From a virus (Duplodnaviria > Caudoviricetes), in the IMG/VR virus record IMGVR_UViG_3300044645_001661: 64,000 nt of DNA; one strand, written 5' to 3'. The translations under genes and the position numbers were made by a program. Shown here piece by piece: positions 48,141 through 57,084 of the stretch. The notes under the pieces are model-generated. The model was not told the origin of the DNA. It did no database searches and saw nothing but the letters and a program-made list of their open reading frames with translations. Position 1 is the first letter of the stretch. Each line of letters starts with the position of its first letter.

Positions 48141-48536
48141 ATGGATTTAGATTTTACTACTCAATCTATTTTACTGAAGACAGGACTTCTTTGTTTAAGA
48201 CTAACTACAAATTATTTTAATGAAGTCTCTAGCATTGCGAAAAAACAAATTAGAGATAATATCAATGTTAGGGACAATAATTTTAAGTTAAAAGAACTTG
48301 AAAATTATCTTGAATTGGGATCTTTTTTTATTGAAGAATCTAAAAAGTACTATAAGATTCATCAATTTACTGACGAATCTGATTCAAAAATTCACTGTTT
48401 TGTCGATAAAGAGAATGGATTAGTTTATAAACCAGTTAATAGAAATTCTCCTAATAAGAAAAGATCTTATCAAATTGATACATGTATAGATTGTGCTGAT
48501 TGGAGAGGTTATTACTTGAGTGATGTTCCAATTTGA
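48141..48536 (+). CDS. Hypothetical, paralog of 52001-52456
   Basis: KKYYKI...IHCFVDKENGLVYKP. Confidence 0.6.
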   Translation: MDLDFTTQSILLKTGLLCLRLTTNYFNEVSSIAKKQIRDNINVRDNNFKLKELENYLELGSFFIEESKKYYKIHQFTDESDSKIHCFVDKENGLVYKPVNRNSPNKKRSYQIDTCIDCADWRGYYLSDVPI

Positions 48537-48544
48537 TAACTGTC
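48527..48544. promoter_or_regulatory. Palindromic operator copy 3
   Basis: TCCAATT-tgat-AACTGTC. Confidence 0.6.
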
Positions 48545-48548
48545 CACT

Positions 48549-48582
48549 CCTCCTTGACGGGAGGTTTTTTTTGTCTTATATT
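48549..48582 (+). promoter_or_regulatory. Terminator hairpin overlapping a sigma70-like promoter
   Basis: CCTCC-TTGACG-GGAGG-T8; TATATT 17 nt after the -35. Confidence 0.7.
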
Positions 48583-48605
48583 ATGGGAGTCAAACAAACA
48601 CACCA

Positions 48606-48893
48606 ATGATTTCTCTTCCAAACTTTGCAGAATTTGCCGAGAGCGTCAATACTGACGAAGAACTGAACGCAGATAATTATTGTAATCAACAACCTGTTGC
48701 CATGGAGTTTACGTTTGAAGAGCACGATCTTCTGAATAGTATTCTGGTTCATGCTCTTGATGGAATGGATCTTGCAATTCCGTGCATTTATGATTTTCCA
48801 GAAGACTCTGAAATTCGTCAGCGATATATGATGCTTGATGAGATGAAGAATCGTTCTTACTCCATCTGGTCTCAGCGTTTTGGTAACAAGTGA
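48606..48893 (+). CDS. Early-type hypothetical
   Basis: ORF track; follows promoter. Confidence 0.6.
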   Translation: MISLPNFAEFAESVNTDEELNADNYCNQQPVAMEFTFEEHDLLNSILVHALDGMDLAIPCIYDFPEDSEIRQRYMMLDEMKNRSYSIWSQRFGNK

Positions 48894-49375
48894 TGACTAC
48901 TTGGAAAGCTGATGTATTTGTCAATTCTCAAGTTGGCAAAATCTCAACAGAAGTTGAAGCTGCAACGTTTTCTGGTGCTAAAGAACAAATCTATGCAAAG
49001 CATGGTGACGTTCAGCAGATTTATAATCTGAGGCAAGTATCTTCAGACTCTTCTTCTGGATTTACTTCATCTTCTGGTGGTAGTACCTCTGGTAGCATTG
49101 CACTTGTTGGTCTTGTTGCTGCTGGATGGGCGTTTATTACGTTTACTCCCTGGATCCTAATGTTTGGCGGTGGTATAGCATCAACCTGGATTATTCAAAA
49201 ACTTCTTAGAACTGATTTAGAGTCTGCATCTGATTCGGGTAATAATGGTGCTGTAGCATTAATTCTTGGTACTGCCATTTTGTTTGGTGGTGTTGGATTT
49301 GTACAAGGCGAGTTTATTCGCAAATCTTTTGAGACAACCGAAACACCTCCTACGCAAATTCAAAAACAACAATGA
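48890..49375 (+). CDS. Membrane protein
   Basis: Two or three hydrophobic helices after a Ser/Gly linker. Confidence 0.6.
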   Translation: MMTTWKADVFVNSQVGKISTEVEAATFSGAKEQIYAKHGDVQQIYNLRQVSSDSSSGFTSSSGGSTSGSIALVGLVAAGWAFITFTPWILMFGGGIASTWIIQKLLRTDLESASDSGNNGAVALILGTAILFGGVGFVQGEFIRKSFETTETPPTQIQKQQ

Positions 49376-49662
49376 AATTCTCTGATCTTGATTTCCAACC
49401 TCACACTAACTATCCTGACCGTGGTATTGCTGCCCGTCAATTCTTTGATAATGGATATGGTGTAAGTATTGTACGTTTTACAAGTCCTTTTGGATTTGGC
49501 GGTTCATATGGTGCTGATGAAGGACTGTATGAGGTAGCAGTCATCAAAGGAACTGAAGATGATTGGAATATCTGCTATGGTACTCCTATCACTGATGATG
49601 TTCTTGGGCATCTATCTGAGGAAGAAGTTGAAGTCCTGCTCTATGAAGTTAAAAATCTCTGA
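49372..49662 (+). CDS. Hypothetical
   Basis: FDNGYGVSIV...GSYG...LYEVAV. Confidence 0.65.
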   Translation: MKFSDLDFQPHTNYPDRGIAARQFFDNGYGVSIVRFTSPFGFGGSYGADEGLYEVAVIKGTEDDWNICYGTPITDDVLGHLSEEEVEVLLYEVKNL

Positions 49663-49668
49663 GGTATT

Positions 49669-49848
49669 ATGAAAATTCTCACTCTTGCTTTTGGTGTAAT
49701 TGTCCTTGCTGTTGCTGGACTATTCTTTGAAGCGTGGTTGCTTGGACTTATTCTGTCTTGGTTTGGTGTATCCCTTTCCTTCTGGCAGAACTTTGCTATC
49801 ATCTTCCTTGCTAATGCTATCTTCAAAACCAACGTATCTTCTAAATGA
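49669..49848 (+). CDS. Small 2-TM membrane protein (59 aa)
   Basis: Hand translation MKILTLAFGVIVLAVAGLFFEAWLLGLILSWFGVSLSFWQNFAIIFLANAIFK; GAGG RBS. Confidence 0.65.
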   Translation: MKILTLAFGVIVLAVAGLFFEAWLLGLILSWFGVSLSFWQNFAIIFLANAIFKTNVSSK

Positions 49849-50162
49849 AACCTATTCTTGCTATTGTCGGTGGTGTCGTTGGATTGGGTGCCCTGACTTG
49901 GGGTATTGCTTACCACGAATTGATCTTTACGTCATTCTTTGCTCCTAAGTTTGAGAATGTTCGGAGGAATACTTTTGAACAGTCAAAGTCCTTCCGAACT
50001 GGTGCTGTTCAAGAACTGCAAAATATGCAGTTTGAATACATCAAAGCATCACCCGAACATAAGAAAGCACTTGCAGATATTATTCGGCATCGTGCTGTAG
50101 AAGTTCCTGCTGATGCTATGCCTTCTGACCTTCAATCCTTTATCTCTAATCTCCCCCAATGA
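49845..50162 (+). CDS. Membrane-anchored protein
   Basis: N-terminal TM, then helical APKFENVRRNTFEQSKS. Confidence 0.65.
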   Translation: MKPILAIVGGVVGLGALTWGIAYHELIFTSFFAPKFENVRRNTFEQSKSFRTGAVQELQNMQFEYIKASPEHKKALADIIRHRAVEVPADAMPSDLQSFISNLPQ

Positions 50163-50644
50163 AAACCATCGTTTCTGTTGCTGCACTTACTGTTCTTGGT
50201 CTTACTCTGACTGGTTGTGAAATTGAACAAAATTCTGATGATACTCAGCGTTCACAACAAGAGCGAATTCTGAAGGAAGGTACTGCTCAAAGTGGTATGC
50301 CTGCCATTAAGAACTTCCGTGAACGTAAGTTGCTGAAGCAGATTATTGAAATGCGTGACCAAGATGGTCTGGTGACTTATACTTACACTGTTCCCGAAAC
50401 TACTGGTCGTCCAGTGTTTCTGTGTAATTCTATTGGGTATGGTCTTCCTGCTGCCACTCAATACACTAATCCAGAGAAGTATGAATACACTGGCACAACT
50501 CTTCCACAGGCAGATCCTAATGGTCTCTTCTCTCCTGACAGTGCCGAAGGTACTTGGGTGATGTGTTCTGATCCTTCTGGTAGTGGCAAAACCCGTCCTG
50601 TTTATGTTGAACCCCGTATTATTGTTTCTCCTTTCAAACTCTGA
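50159..50644 (+). CDS. Lipoprotein
   Basis: Signal peptide with lipobox LTGC (Cys20). Confidence 0.75.
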   Translation: MKTIVSVAALTVLGLTLTGCEIEQNSDDTQRSQQERILKEGTAQSGMPAIKNFRERKLLKQIIEMRDQDGLVTYTYTVPETTGRPVFLCNSIGYGLPAATQYTNPEKYEYTGTTLPQADPNGLFSPDSAEGTWVMCSDPSGSGKTRPVYVEPRIIVSPFKL

Positions 50645-50652
50645 GGTAAATT

Positions 50653-51060
50653 ATGACTCGTTACAATGATCCAAACACCCCTGTTGCTATTGTCTTTGGT
50701 GCTGGATTTGTAGTTGTTGTTGCTCTGCTATTCTTTGGTGGACCACTCTATAATGTGTGGCAACAATCTCTTGCTGGTAAAGCAGAACTGCAGAAGGCAG
50801 AATATACTCGTCAAGTAGCAGTGCTGGAAGCACAAGCAAAGAAAGATAGTGCTCAACAACTTGCTGATGCTGAAATCATCCGTGCTCAAGGTGTTGCTAA
50901 AGCAAACCAAATCATCGGTGATAGTCTGAAAGATAACCGTGAGTATCTTCAGTATCTGTATATCACTGGTCTGGAAGAAGGTTCCAACAAAGGCAACGTG
51001 ACCATCTATGTTCCGACTGAAGGTGGTATGCCTGTCCCTACACTTCAAATGAATAAATGA
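50653..51060 (+). CDS. Membrane protein with SPFH/prohibitin-like coiled coil
   Basis: N-terminal TM; ADAEIIRAQGVAKANQIIGDSL...YLQYLYITGL. Confidence 0.6.
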   Translation: MTRYNDPNTPVAIVFGAGFVVVVALLFFGGPLYNVWQQSLAGKAELQKAEYTRQVAVLEAQAKKDSAQQLADAEIIRAQGVAKANQIIGDSLKDNREYLQYLYITGLEEGSNKGNVTIYVPTEGGMPVPTLQMNK

Positions 51061-51224
51061 TCGAACTCCTCGCTAGTGCTATTATTGCTTCAGGCAATCA
51101 ATCCGAAGAAATTAATAAGTTTTGTTCTTATGTTGTCGGTATTCCATATGCTAGCGATAATTTTACTGATGAGGAATGGAAAAGATTTGTTTATTGTAGG
51201 GAAAATTTAAAAATTATCGATTAA
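51057..51224 (+). CDS. Small hypothetical (55 aa)
   Basis: Hand translation MIELLASAII...FCSYVVGIPY. Confidence 0.55.
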   Translation: MIELLASAIIASGNQSEEINKFCSYVVGIPYASDNFTDEEWKRFVYCRENLKIID

Positions 51225-51231
51225 CTTTATT

Positions 51232-51258
51232 GGGGAGAATGATCTTCTCCCCCTTTTT
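51232..51258 (+). terminator. Intrinsic terminator
   Basis: GGGGAGAA-TGATC-TTCTCCCC-C-TTTTT. Confidence 0.8.
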
Positions 51259-51263
51259 GTCTT

Positions 51264-51980
51264 ATGTATGAATTTAATAATTTTATTTTTAACTGCTGCG
51301 TTTGGTATTATGCTAAAAGATTGGGTGTTATTGATGCCTTAACTTGGGAAATAATCATTGCCAAAGCAACAAATAGTCAATGGGTTCCTGGTGATCATTT
51401 TATGGCAGATGTTGTGAATCCAGAATATCTCTGTAATGTCAAATCATTAAAAAAGAAATTTGCTAAAGGTAATAAACAATCTTTAAGTTATGTGCAATGT
51501 AGGGCACCAATTTCTAAAGATAGAACACTGTTGGATGATGAGTTGGGAAGTCAAATTATTTTAACTTTAATTCAAAAAAAGCAAGAAAGTTTTGATCAAT
51601 TTTCTTGTAATATAATGAAAGACTTTTTAATTCAACATTATAGAGATGGTGAAAAATACTTTGCTAGAGTGTTTTTATGCGATCATCCAGATTTTAACAA
51701 TTATAATTTGCAGTGGAAGGATGGTGAAGGTAAAATAGAAGATTCAAAAAGTTGGTTTTTGAAACGTGCATATGGAGATGCAAAGCATGGGCAAAACTGT
51801 GTACATATCAAAAAGGTTTTTGAAAAATCTACGTTAATTGCTGATATTGTTGTTGAATGTCCAGATGAACATAATGTTTCTAATGAATTAATTGTTGAAG
51901 AATATTTAAAATACCATCAGGGGACAGATGAACGACTGTCCACAGGAGCAAACGGGTTGGAGGATTCTGTTGTACAATAA
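51264..51980 (+). CDS. Hypothetical, possible PD-(D/E)xK nuclease-like
   Basis: MADVV......CNVKS; weak motif only. Confidence 0.45.
   Translation: MYEFNNFIFNCCVWYYAKRLGVIDALTWEIIIAKATNSQWVPGDHFMADVVNPEYLCNVKSLKKKFAKGNKQSLSYVQCRAPISKDRTLLDDELGSQIILTLIQKKQESFDQFSCNIMKDFLIQHYRDGEKYFARVFLCDHPDFNNYNLQWKDGEGKIEDSKSWFLKRAYGDAKHGQNCVHIKKVFEKSTLIADIVVECPDEHNVSNELIVEEYLKYHQGTDERLSTGANGLEDSVVQ
51923..51940. promoter_or_regulatory. Palindromic operator copy 4
   Basis: GACAGAT-gaac-GACTGTC; TACAAT at 51973. Confidence 0.65.
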
Positions 51981-52000
51981 CTTCAGTTCAAACAAAGGAC

Positions 52001-52456
52001 ATGACCACGACCTTCGCTGACTATGCCGCCCAGCAAGAGGCACGGAAGGACATTGCTGCTGCTGTTCTGGGGCACACCTATGCCCTTTGTGAGGCACTAC
52101 GTCAGAACTTTATTGATTACAGCATCAAGATGCACCAGCGTTCTCTTAATCGCCTGGAAGGTAATACCGAAACTGGTATTACCTATCACCATTCTTGTAT
52201 TGAAAAACTGAAGCAGGGTACTTGTGATTATGACTTCACAATTGAGTCTGGTCGTAAGTATCACAAAATCATTATGAACGCTGCTGGTTCTCGTTCTGTT
52301 CATGCTTTTGTGGATAAGCAAACTGGTCAAGTATATAAGTCCGCCAGTTGGAAAGCACCTGCCAAGGGTGTTCGCTATGATCTTCGCATCATTGAGCAGC
52401 GTGAATGGTTGCTTCAACATGCTGACTGGGCAGGTTCGTATCTTTATGCACGATGA
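52001..52456 (+). CDS. Early-type hypothetical
   Basis: SGRKYHKI...VHAFVDKQTGQVYKSASWKAPAKGVRY; AAGGA RBS. Confidence 0.7.
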   Translation: MTTTFADYAAQQEARKDIAAAVLGHTYALCEALRQNFIDYSIKMHQRSLNRLEGNTETGITYHHSCIEKLKQGTCDYDFTIESGRKYHKIIMNAAGSRSVHAFVDKQTGQVYKSASWKAPAKGVRYDLRIIEQREWLLQHADWAGSYLYAR

Positions 52457-52520
52457 ATATGACAAAAGCGGATAAATTTATTTTCATCTCTTCGTTCATT
52501 TGGTTTCTTCACTGGGGCAC

Positions 52521-52970
52521 ATGTATTACCTTGAAACTTCTGGATATGGCTATCGAAAGCGGGTCTGTGAGAGTGTTACCGATTGGTTTATGAATCGGTA
52601 CATGCCAAGACATCACATTGGTCTACGTGTTGTTCATAAAGGTCTCAAACGAGAACTAGTTTATGGTTATTGTGATGTTGATGGTGACATCAAAAGACCC
52701 AGAGACTTTTTAATTGAATTGCAAACTCACATGAATCCTGAGATGTACATAAAGACCCTGATTCACGAGTTGATTCATGTTCGTCAATGGGTTTTTGGTG
52801 ATCTTCGTGATAAAAGGGGGAAGATGTATTATGGATCTGTAAATGTGGAAGATCTTGATTATGAAGATCAACCACATGAAATTGAAGCACGAGAACAGGA
52901 AGAGACGCTGTATATTACTTATTTGATAGAGACTGGGCAAATGAATTTTAAACCTGTTAGATCTTTTTAA
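52521..52970 (+). CDS. HExxH metallopeptidase-like
   Basis: TLIHELIHVRQW...PHEIEA; start re-called to ATG 52521. Confidence 0.7.
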   Translation: MYYLETSGYGYRKRVCESVTDWFMNRYMPRHHIGLRVVHKGLKRELVYGYCDVDGDIKRPRDFLIELQTHMNPEMYIKTLIHELIHVRQWVFGDLRDKRGKMYYGSVNVEDLDYEDQPHEIEAREQEETLYITYLIETGQMNFKPVRSF

Positions 52971-52973
52971 TGT

Positions 52974-53009
52974 ATGGGAGGTAGGTATTTACCCTACCTC
53001 CCATTTTTT
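52974..53009 (+). terminator. Strong intrinsic terminator
   Basis: 12-bp stem ATGGGAGGTAGG/CCTACCTCCCAT plus T run. Confidence 0.9.
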
Positions 53010-53047
53010 GTTAAATAATTATTAATCTATCAGTAATAAAATTGCAC

Positions 53048-53992
53048 ATGGAAAAAGCAATTTATTGTATTATTGATAAAAAAATACATCCAGAGGATAC
53101 TGCTTTTGGTAATAGGATGTACATATGGACGCAATTCTATTATTTAACTTATAGGACTAATTTTGAATATAAAATTATTGTTCAAGAAGAACATTGGCCA
53201 GAACTAAAGTTTTTAAATTTGCCGAATACTATTGCACTAAAAAAAGAAGATTTTTATACGAAACAAAAAAAATACAAAATTAGCAAGAATCATTTAAAAA
53301 CAATAATCTTTGATAATTGTACTAAGTATTTGAGGACTCATGATTATTGGTATCTTGATGAGTGGTACATTGTGGATGGTGGATATGATGAACTTGATAT
53401 TTCAAATCCATATTCTTTGATAAAATTTAAAAATCCATCTATAAATGATATTTTAAGTAACTATTTTAAATCTTTTGTTTCTATTCATATTAGAAGATAT
53501 CATGGAATATATTCAACTGAAGATGACCTAGATGAGATGCCTCTAAGTTTGAAGGAACAATATTTAAAAGAAACATTTAAACCAATATTAAAAACTGCTT
53601 ATACTTATATAAAGGATGAAGTATATTTCAAATTAATAGAAAAATTATTAGAATCTAATCAAAATGTCAAAATTTACATTAGCACGGATCTACCAGAAAA
53701 GTTTTACAAACATTACAAAACAAGATATTTTAAAAATACTATAAAGGATAAAACCAATTATTATGAGAATTTAAAAAATATTTTGAAAGAATGTTTTCCA
53801 GAATCAATAATTGATAGAAATAAAAAAGTCGTTGAGGATTTATTGGATTTTTTTGTTATTGCTTATTCAAAATTTATTATCATGCCAGACTACTCTACTT
53901 GGAGTAGAATTGCACAAAAAGTCAAAAATACAAATTATCTAAGATTACCTATCGAAGATAATGCATTAAATCTGTTAAATTTTAAAATGTGA
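53048..53992 (+). CDS. Fucosyltransferase-like glycosyltransferase (GT11/GT23-like)
   Basis: FGNR, VSIHIRR, IYISTD, DFFVIAYSKFII...STWS. Confidence 0.6.
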   Translation: MEKAIYCIIDKKIHPEDTAFGNRMYIWTQFYYLTYRTNFEYKIIVQEEHWPELKFLNLPNTIALKKEDFYTKQKKYKISKNHLKTIIFDNCTKYLRTHDYWYLDEWYIVDGGYDELDISNPYSLIKFKNPSINDILSNYFKSFVSIHIRRYHGIYSTEDDLDEMPLSLKEQYLKETFKPILKTAYTYIKDEVYFKLIEKLLESNQNVKIYISTDLPEKFYKHYKTRYFKNTIKDKTNYYENLKNILKECFPESIIDRNKKVVEDLLDFFVIAYSKFIIMPDYSTWSRIAQKVKNTNYLRLPIEDNALNLLNFKM

Positions 53993-54008
53993 CACTTGCT
54001 AAAGTGTC
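53991..54008. promoter_or_regulatory. Palindromic operator copy 5 (perfect)
   Basis: GACACTT-gcta-AAGTGTC; TATGAT at 54040. Confidence 0.7.
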
Positions 54009-54135
54009 CAACAACATGCACGTATTGAATCAAATCCATTATGATGTCAATGGTTCCATCGAAAACAACCATGACACACTTTGTTGACAAACAAAAACAT
54101 TTAATTTATACTTGAGGAGTTGTTTAAATCAAAAC

Positions 54136-54369
54136 ATGAAATATCTTTACATTGTTGATTATTGGATTCCCTTTCCTTCTTCCGAATATGGTGGTCTCTT
54201 TAATGTAATTGCAGAGAATGATACAGAGTGTCACGATATTCTCTTAGATTGGAGAGAAGAATACGATAGTCAATATGATAGTCGTATTATGGAACGTGTT
54301 GTGTCTGCACCAAAGTTCTTGCTTGGTGAAGATCAGGAATCCCGAATTGTAGAAAGTTTTACTACTTGA
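54136..54369 (+). CDS. Small hypothetical
   Basis: Start re-called: MKYLYIVDYWIPFPSSEYGG. Confidence 0.6.
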   Translation: MKYLYIVDYWIPFPSSEYGGLFNVIAENDTECHDILLDWREEYDSQYDSRIMERVVSAPKFLLGEDQESRIVESFTT

Positions 54370-54370
54370 T

Positions 54371-54526
54371 ATGACTTATCACAACGTATCTCATGCTAAT
54401 CACATCCTTAAAGAATTAAAAGAACAACATCAAAAAAGAATTGAATATTTAGAGAATAAAATTCAAGAATTGCAAACAGAGATTGAACTTCTTAAAAATT
54501 ATCAAAACAAAATTTACGATTGTTGA
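54371..54526 (+). CDS. Small coiled-coil hypothetical
   Basis: Hand translation. Confidence 0.5.
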   Translation: MTYHNVSHANHILKELKEQHQKRIEYLENKIQELQTEIELLKNYQNKIYDC

Positions 54527-54729
54527 TTATTATGAATGCTGAATTAAATGAAATCCGCGAAGATTGTATTACAAATGTAGAAAACTATTTTTGTACTAGA
54601 ATTATTGATCATATGGACTGTGGAAATCTTTTTGATGCCCAAGCGATTCATGAGGAATTTGTGATTGATGAAGAAGATGTCCCAAAAAATTGGTTGTTTT
54701 TGAACGATTTTACTTGCAATGATTATTGA
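54520..54729 (+). CDS. Small hypothetical
   Basis: ORF track. Confidence 0.55.
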   Translation: MLIIMNAELNEIREDCITNVENYFCTRIIDHMDCGNLFDAQAIHEEFVIDEEDVPKNWLFLNDFTCNDY

Positions 54730-54889
54730 AGAAGGAAAATTAGTCAAATATAAAGATTATGTTGGAAAAATAAAATTTATTTCTCCACAATATTTGACTA
54801 TATGTAATCCTGGTTTTCGTTGGGATGTTTGTGTTGTTGTTTATTCTGAAGACTTTCATTTAATTCATGAAGTACCAAGTGACGTATAA
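54719..54889 (+). CDS. Small hypothetical
   Basis: Hand translation MIIEEGKLVKYKDYVGKIKF. Confidence 0.5.
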   Translation: MIIEEGKLVKYKDYVGKIKFISPQYLTICNPGFRWDVCVVVYSEDFHLIHEVPSDV

Positions 54890-55025
54890 AAATCCTAAGA
54901 ATAAAAAGGGATTTTACTCAGATCAAAAGGCAGTATTTTTAGATGTATCTGACGCAATTTTATGGCAAGAACATGTTAAAAATCAAGGAGCAATTGATGT
55001 TGAAATGGTAGTTGATTTCTCATGA
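54867..55025 (+). CDS. Small hypothetical
   Basis: Hand translation MKYQVTYKNPK. Confidence 0.5.
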   Translation: MKYQVTYKNPKNKKGFYSDQKAVFLDVSDAILWQEHVKNQGAIDVEMVVDFS

Positions 55026-55213
55026 AAGTTATTCAAACTTGTGGATCTTATAATCCAGATGATGGATATTCTCTTTGTATTGCATTTAGTGAAAAACATG
55101 CCATTACATTAGATGGACTAGATAAAGAAGATATGTTAGAATTAAAGTCTTGCATCGATTGCATGATTTTTGATCTATACGAAGAAGAAGAACTTTATGA
55201 AGGAGAATTCTAA
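55022..55213 (+). CDS. Small hypothetical
   Basis: ORF track. Confidence 0.5.
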   Translation: MKVIQTCGSYNPDDGYSLCIAFSEKHAITLDGLDKEDMLELKSCIDCMIFDLYEEEELYEGEF

Positions 55214-55421
55214 AACTTTTTGGAGATGGTGGGCAAAATCTTTAGGTGAAAAAGCTTCTAAATGTGATCGTGAGTCGGATACCATTGCAGGTATCCGAAC
55301 TTTTATTTTTTTAACTTATTTGATTACTAACTGTTTTATTGTTGCTGGAGTCATGAGACATTGGAATGATTCTCCAATAGAAATTAAAATAGAAGTTCTC
55401 AATGATTCTAAAATGATCTAA
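55197..55421 (+). CDS. Small membrane hypothetical
   Basis: WRWWAKSLGEKA...IRTFIFLTYLITNCFIVAGV. Confidence 0.6.
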   Translation: MKENSKTFWRWWAKSLGEKASKCDRESDTIAGIRTFIFLTYLITNCFIVAGVMRHWNDSPIEIKIEVLNDSKMI

Positions 55422-55464
55422 CAATAGTCATTATTAAATAAATAAATTATCCTTTTTTATTAAT

Positions 55465-56565
55465 ATGATTAAAATAAGATTAGAGCATAATACAACTGGG
55501 AATGGATTGGGTTATCAAATATCTTCATATGTTTTGCTTAAAAGTCTGGCAAAACATTTTGGATATGAATATGGTACTGATGAGTTTGAATTTTTAAATT
55601 TAAGATCAACTTTTGAGGGTGTGTCCTTTGATGGTGCAACAAGACCAGACACTGAATATGATAAATTTCTTGAATTTGCGGATAATGAATCTTTTGATAC
55701 TATTGTAAATAAAGGTCTTGAAGATGAAAGTTTAATATTTGGATATCCAAGTCCAATGAACTTTTATAAAAAAGAATATTATGATGAAGTAAAAAAAGAT
55801 CTAATATTTCGTAAAATTATAAAAAATAAGTGTGCAGAGTTTGTTAATAAATTTGAGGGTCAAGAGATCATATCCTTACACATAAGAAGAGGTGATTTTT
55901 TAGATCCTATTAGTGGGATGTTTGTATGTGGTGATGATTATTATAAAAATGCTTTAAAACTTCTTCCAGAAGATGCAAAGGTTTTTATATTTACAAATGA
56001 TAAGTCCTATGTAAAAGGCAATCCACTTTTTCAGGGAGATAGGTTTGTTTTAATCACCGACATTTATAATGACAATCAACCTATTAATTGTGATTATGGT
56101 CAATTAATTGATAAAATGTTGGATTTTAGTGGTCATTCTAGATTTAATTACAAATTTGTTATTGCACAGATTGCTGCTAAAGAAGTAAAGACTGTAAAAT
56201 CTATTATTGATGAATTACATCCCAAATATCTGGAAAAAATAAAAAATAATTTATATAATCATTCATTTGATTTATGTCTCATGACAATGTGTGATTATCA
56301 TATTGCAGCAAATAGTACATTTGGTATGTGGGGAACTACATTATCAAGCAGTAAAAAAATTATATACCCCAAATACTGGATGCATGGTCATGTACCAAAT
56401 CCATTAGAACTTGAAAGGAAGTTAGATCTTGGTGATTATGATCAAACCAAAGATATTGGTGGAGATTTTATGAGAGATCAACAAAGAAACTCTATCGGTA
56501 TTGAAAATCCAGATCAAATTATAAGTCAATTAGAAAGTGAAATAAATAGCATAAAGGATGTATAG
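55465..56565 (+). CDS. Alpha-1,2-fucosyltransferase-like (GT11)
   Basis: GNGLGYQ, ISLHIRRGDF, FIFTND, DLCLMTMCDYHIAANSTFGMWG; AATAAATA at 55437-55444. Confidence 0.8.
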   Translation: MIKIRLEHNTTGNGLGYQISSYVLLKSLAKHFGYEYGTDEFEFLNLRSTFEGVSFDGATRPDTEYDKFLEFADNESFDTIVNKGLEDESLIFGYPSPMNFYKKEYYDEVKKDLIFRKIIKNKCAEFVNKFEGQEIISLHIRRGDFLDPISGMFVCGDDYYKNALKLLPEDAKVFIFTNDKSYVKGNPLFQGDRFVLITDIYNDNQPINCDYGQLIDKMLDFSGHSRFNYKFVIAQIAAKEVKTVKSIIDELHPKYLEKIKNNLYNHSFDLCLMTMCDYHIAANSTFGMWGTTLSSSKKIIYPKYWMHGHVPNPLELERKLDLGDYDQTKDIGGDFMRDQQRNSIGIENPDQIISQLESEINSIKDV

Positions 56566-56776
56566 GATTATGTCAGAAAGAGCAGAACGTTTATCTAATC
56601 TTTATTTAAATTCTTTAACTCTCACTTCTAGAAGAACCAGATTAAAAAAACACCAAGTTGGTGCTAAGGCACTTGCTACTTTTTTATCTGCAGTTGTTGA
56701 TGAATGTGAAACAATGACTATGAAGACTAGTAAGGAAATCTATCAAATTATAGATGAACTTGAAAATATTGACTGA
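56558..56776 (+). CDS. Small hypothetical
   Basis: ORF track. Confidence 0.5.
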   Translation: MYRIMSERAERLSNLYLNSLTLTSRRTRLKKHQVGAKALATFLSAVVDECETMTMKTSKEIYQIIDELENID

Positions 56777-56807
56777 TAATAAATAATTTATAATAAAAAT
56801 CAGAGAT

Positions 56808-57001
56808 ATGAAAACTTTTAGGCAATTTTGTGAACAAATTCCTAGTATTGAACCATCTGATTACACAAAGATGTATCAGATGGTTCAAATTTAATATCTA
56901 AGAGACAACAAATATCTCATGCCCATAAAGAAATGTTAGCAAGGGCAACTCGTGAACAAAAAGCAAGATTAAAAACCTTACATGACATAGAAATGAAATA
57001 A
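56808..57001 (+). pseudogene. Small gene split over two frames around a 14-bp inverted repeat
   Basis: MKTFRQFCEQ... stops at 56894; -1 frame continues to TAA 57001; AATAAATA at 56778. Confidence 0.45.
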
Positions 57002-57002
57002 G

Positions 57003-57020
57003 ACCACTTTAAAAAGTGGC
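57003..57020. promoter_or_regulatory. Palindromic operator copy 6
   Basis: ACCACTT-taaa-AAGTGGC; TATAAT at 57054. Confidence 0.7.
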
Positions 57021-57026
57021 ACATGA

Positions 57027-57050
57027 GGCATCCAGGTTCGCTTGGATGCC
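57027..57050 (+). terminator. 10-bp UUCG-loop hairpin covering the -35 position
   Basis: GGCATCCAGG-TTCG-CTTGGATGCC; short T tail. Confidence 0.55.
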
Positions 57051-57084
57051 CTTTATAATGTGTGGGTACTCAAGGGATAACCTC

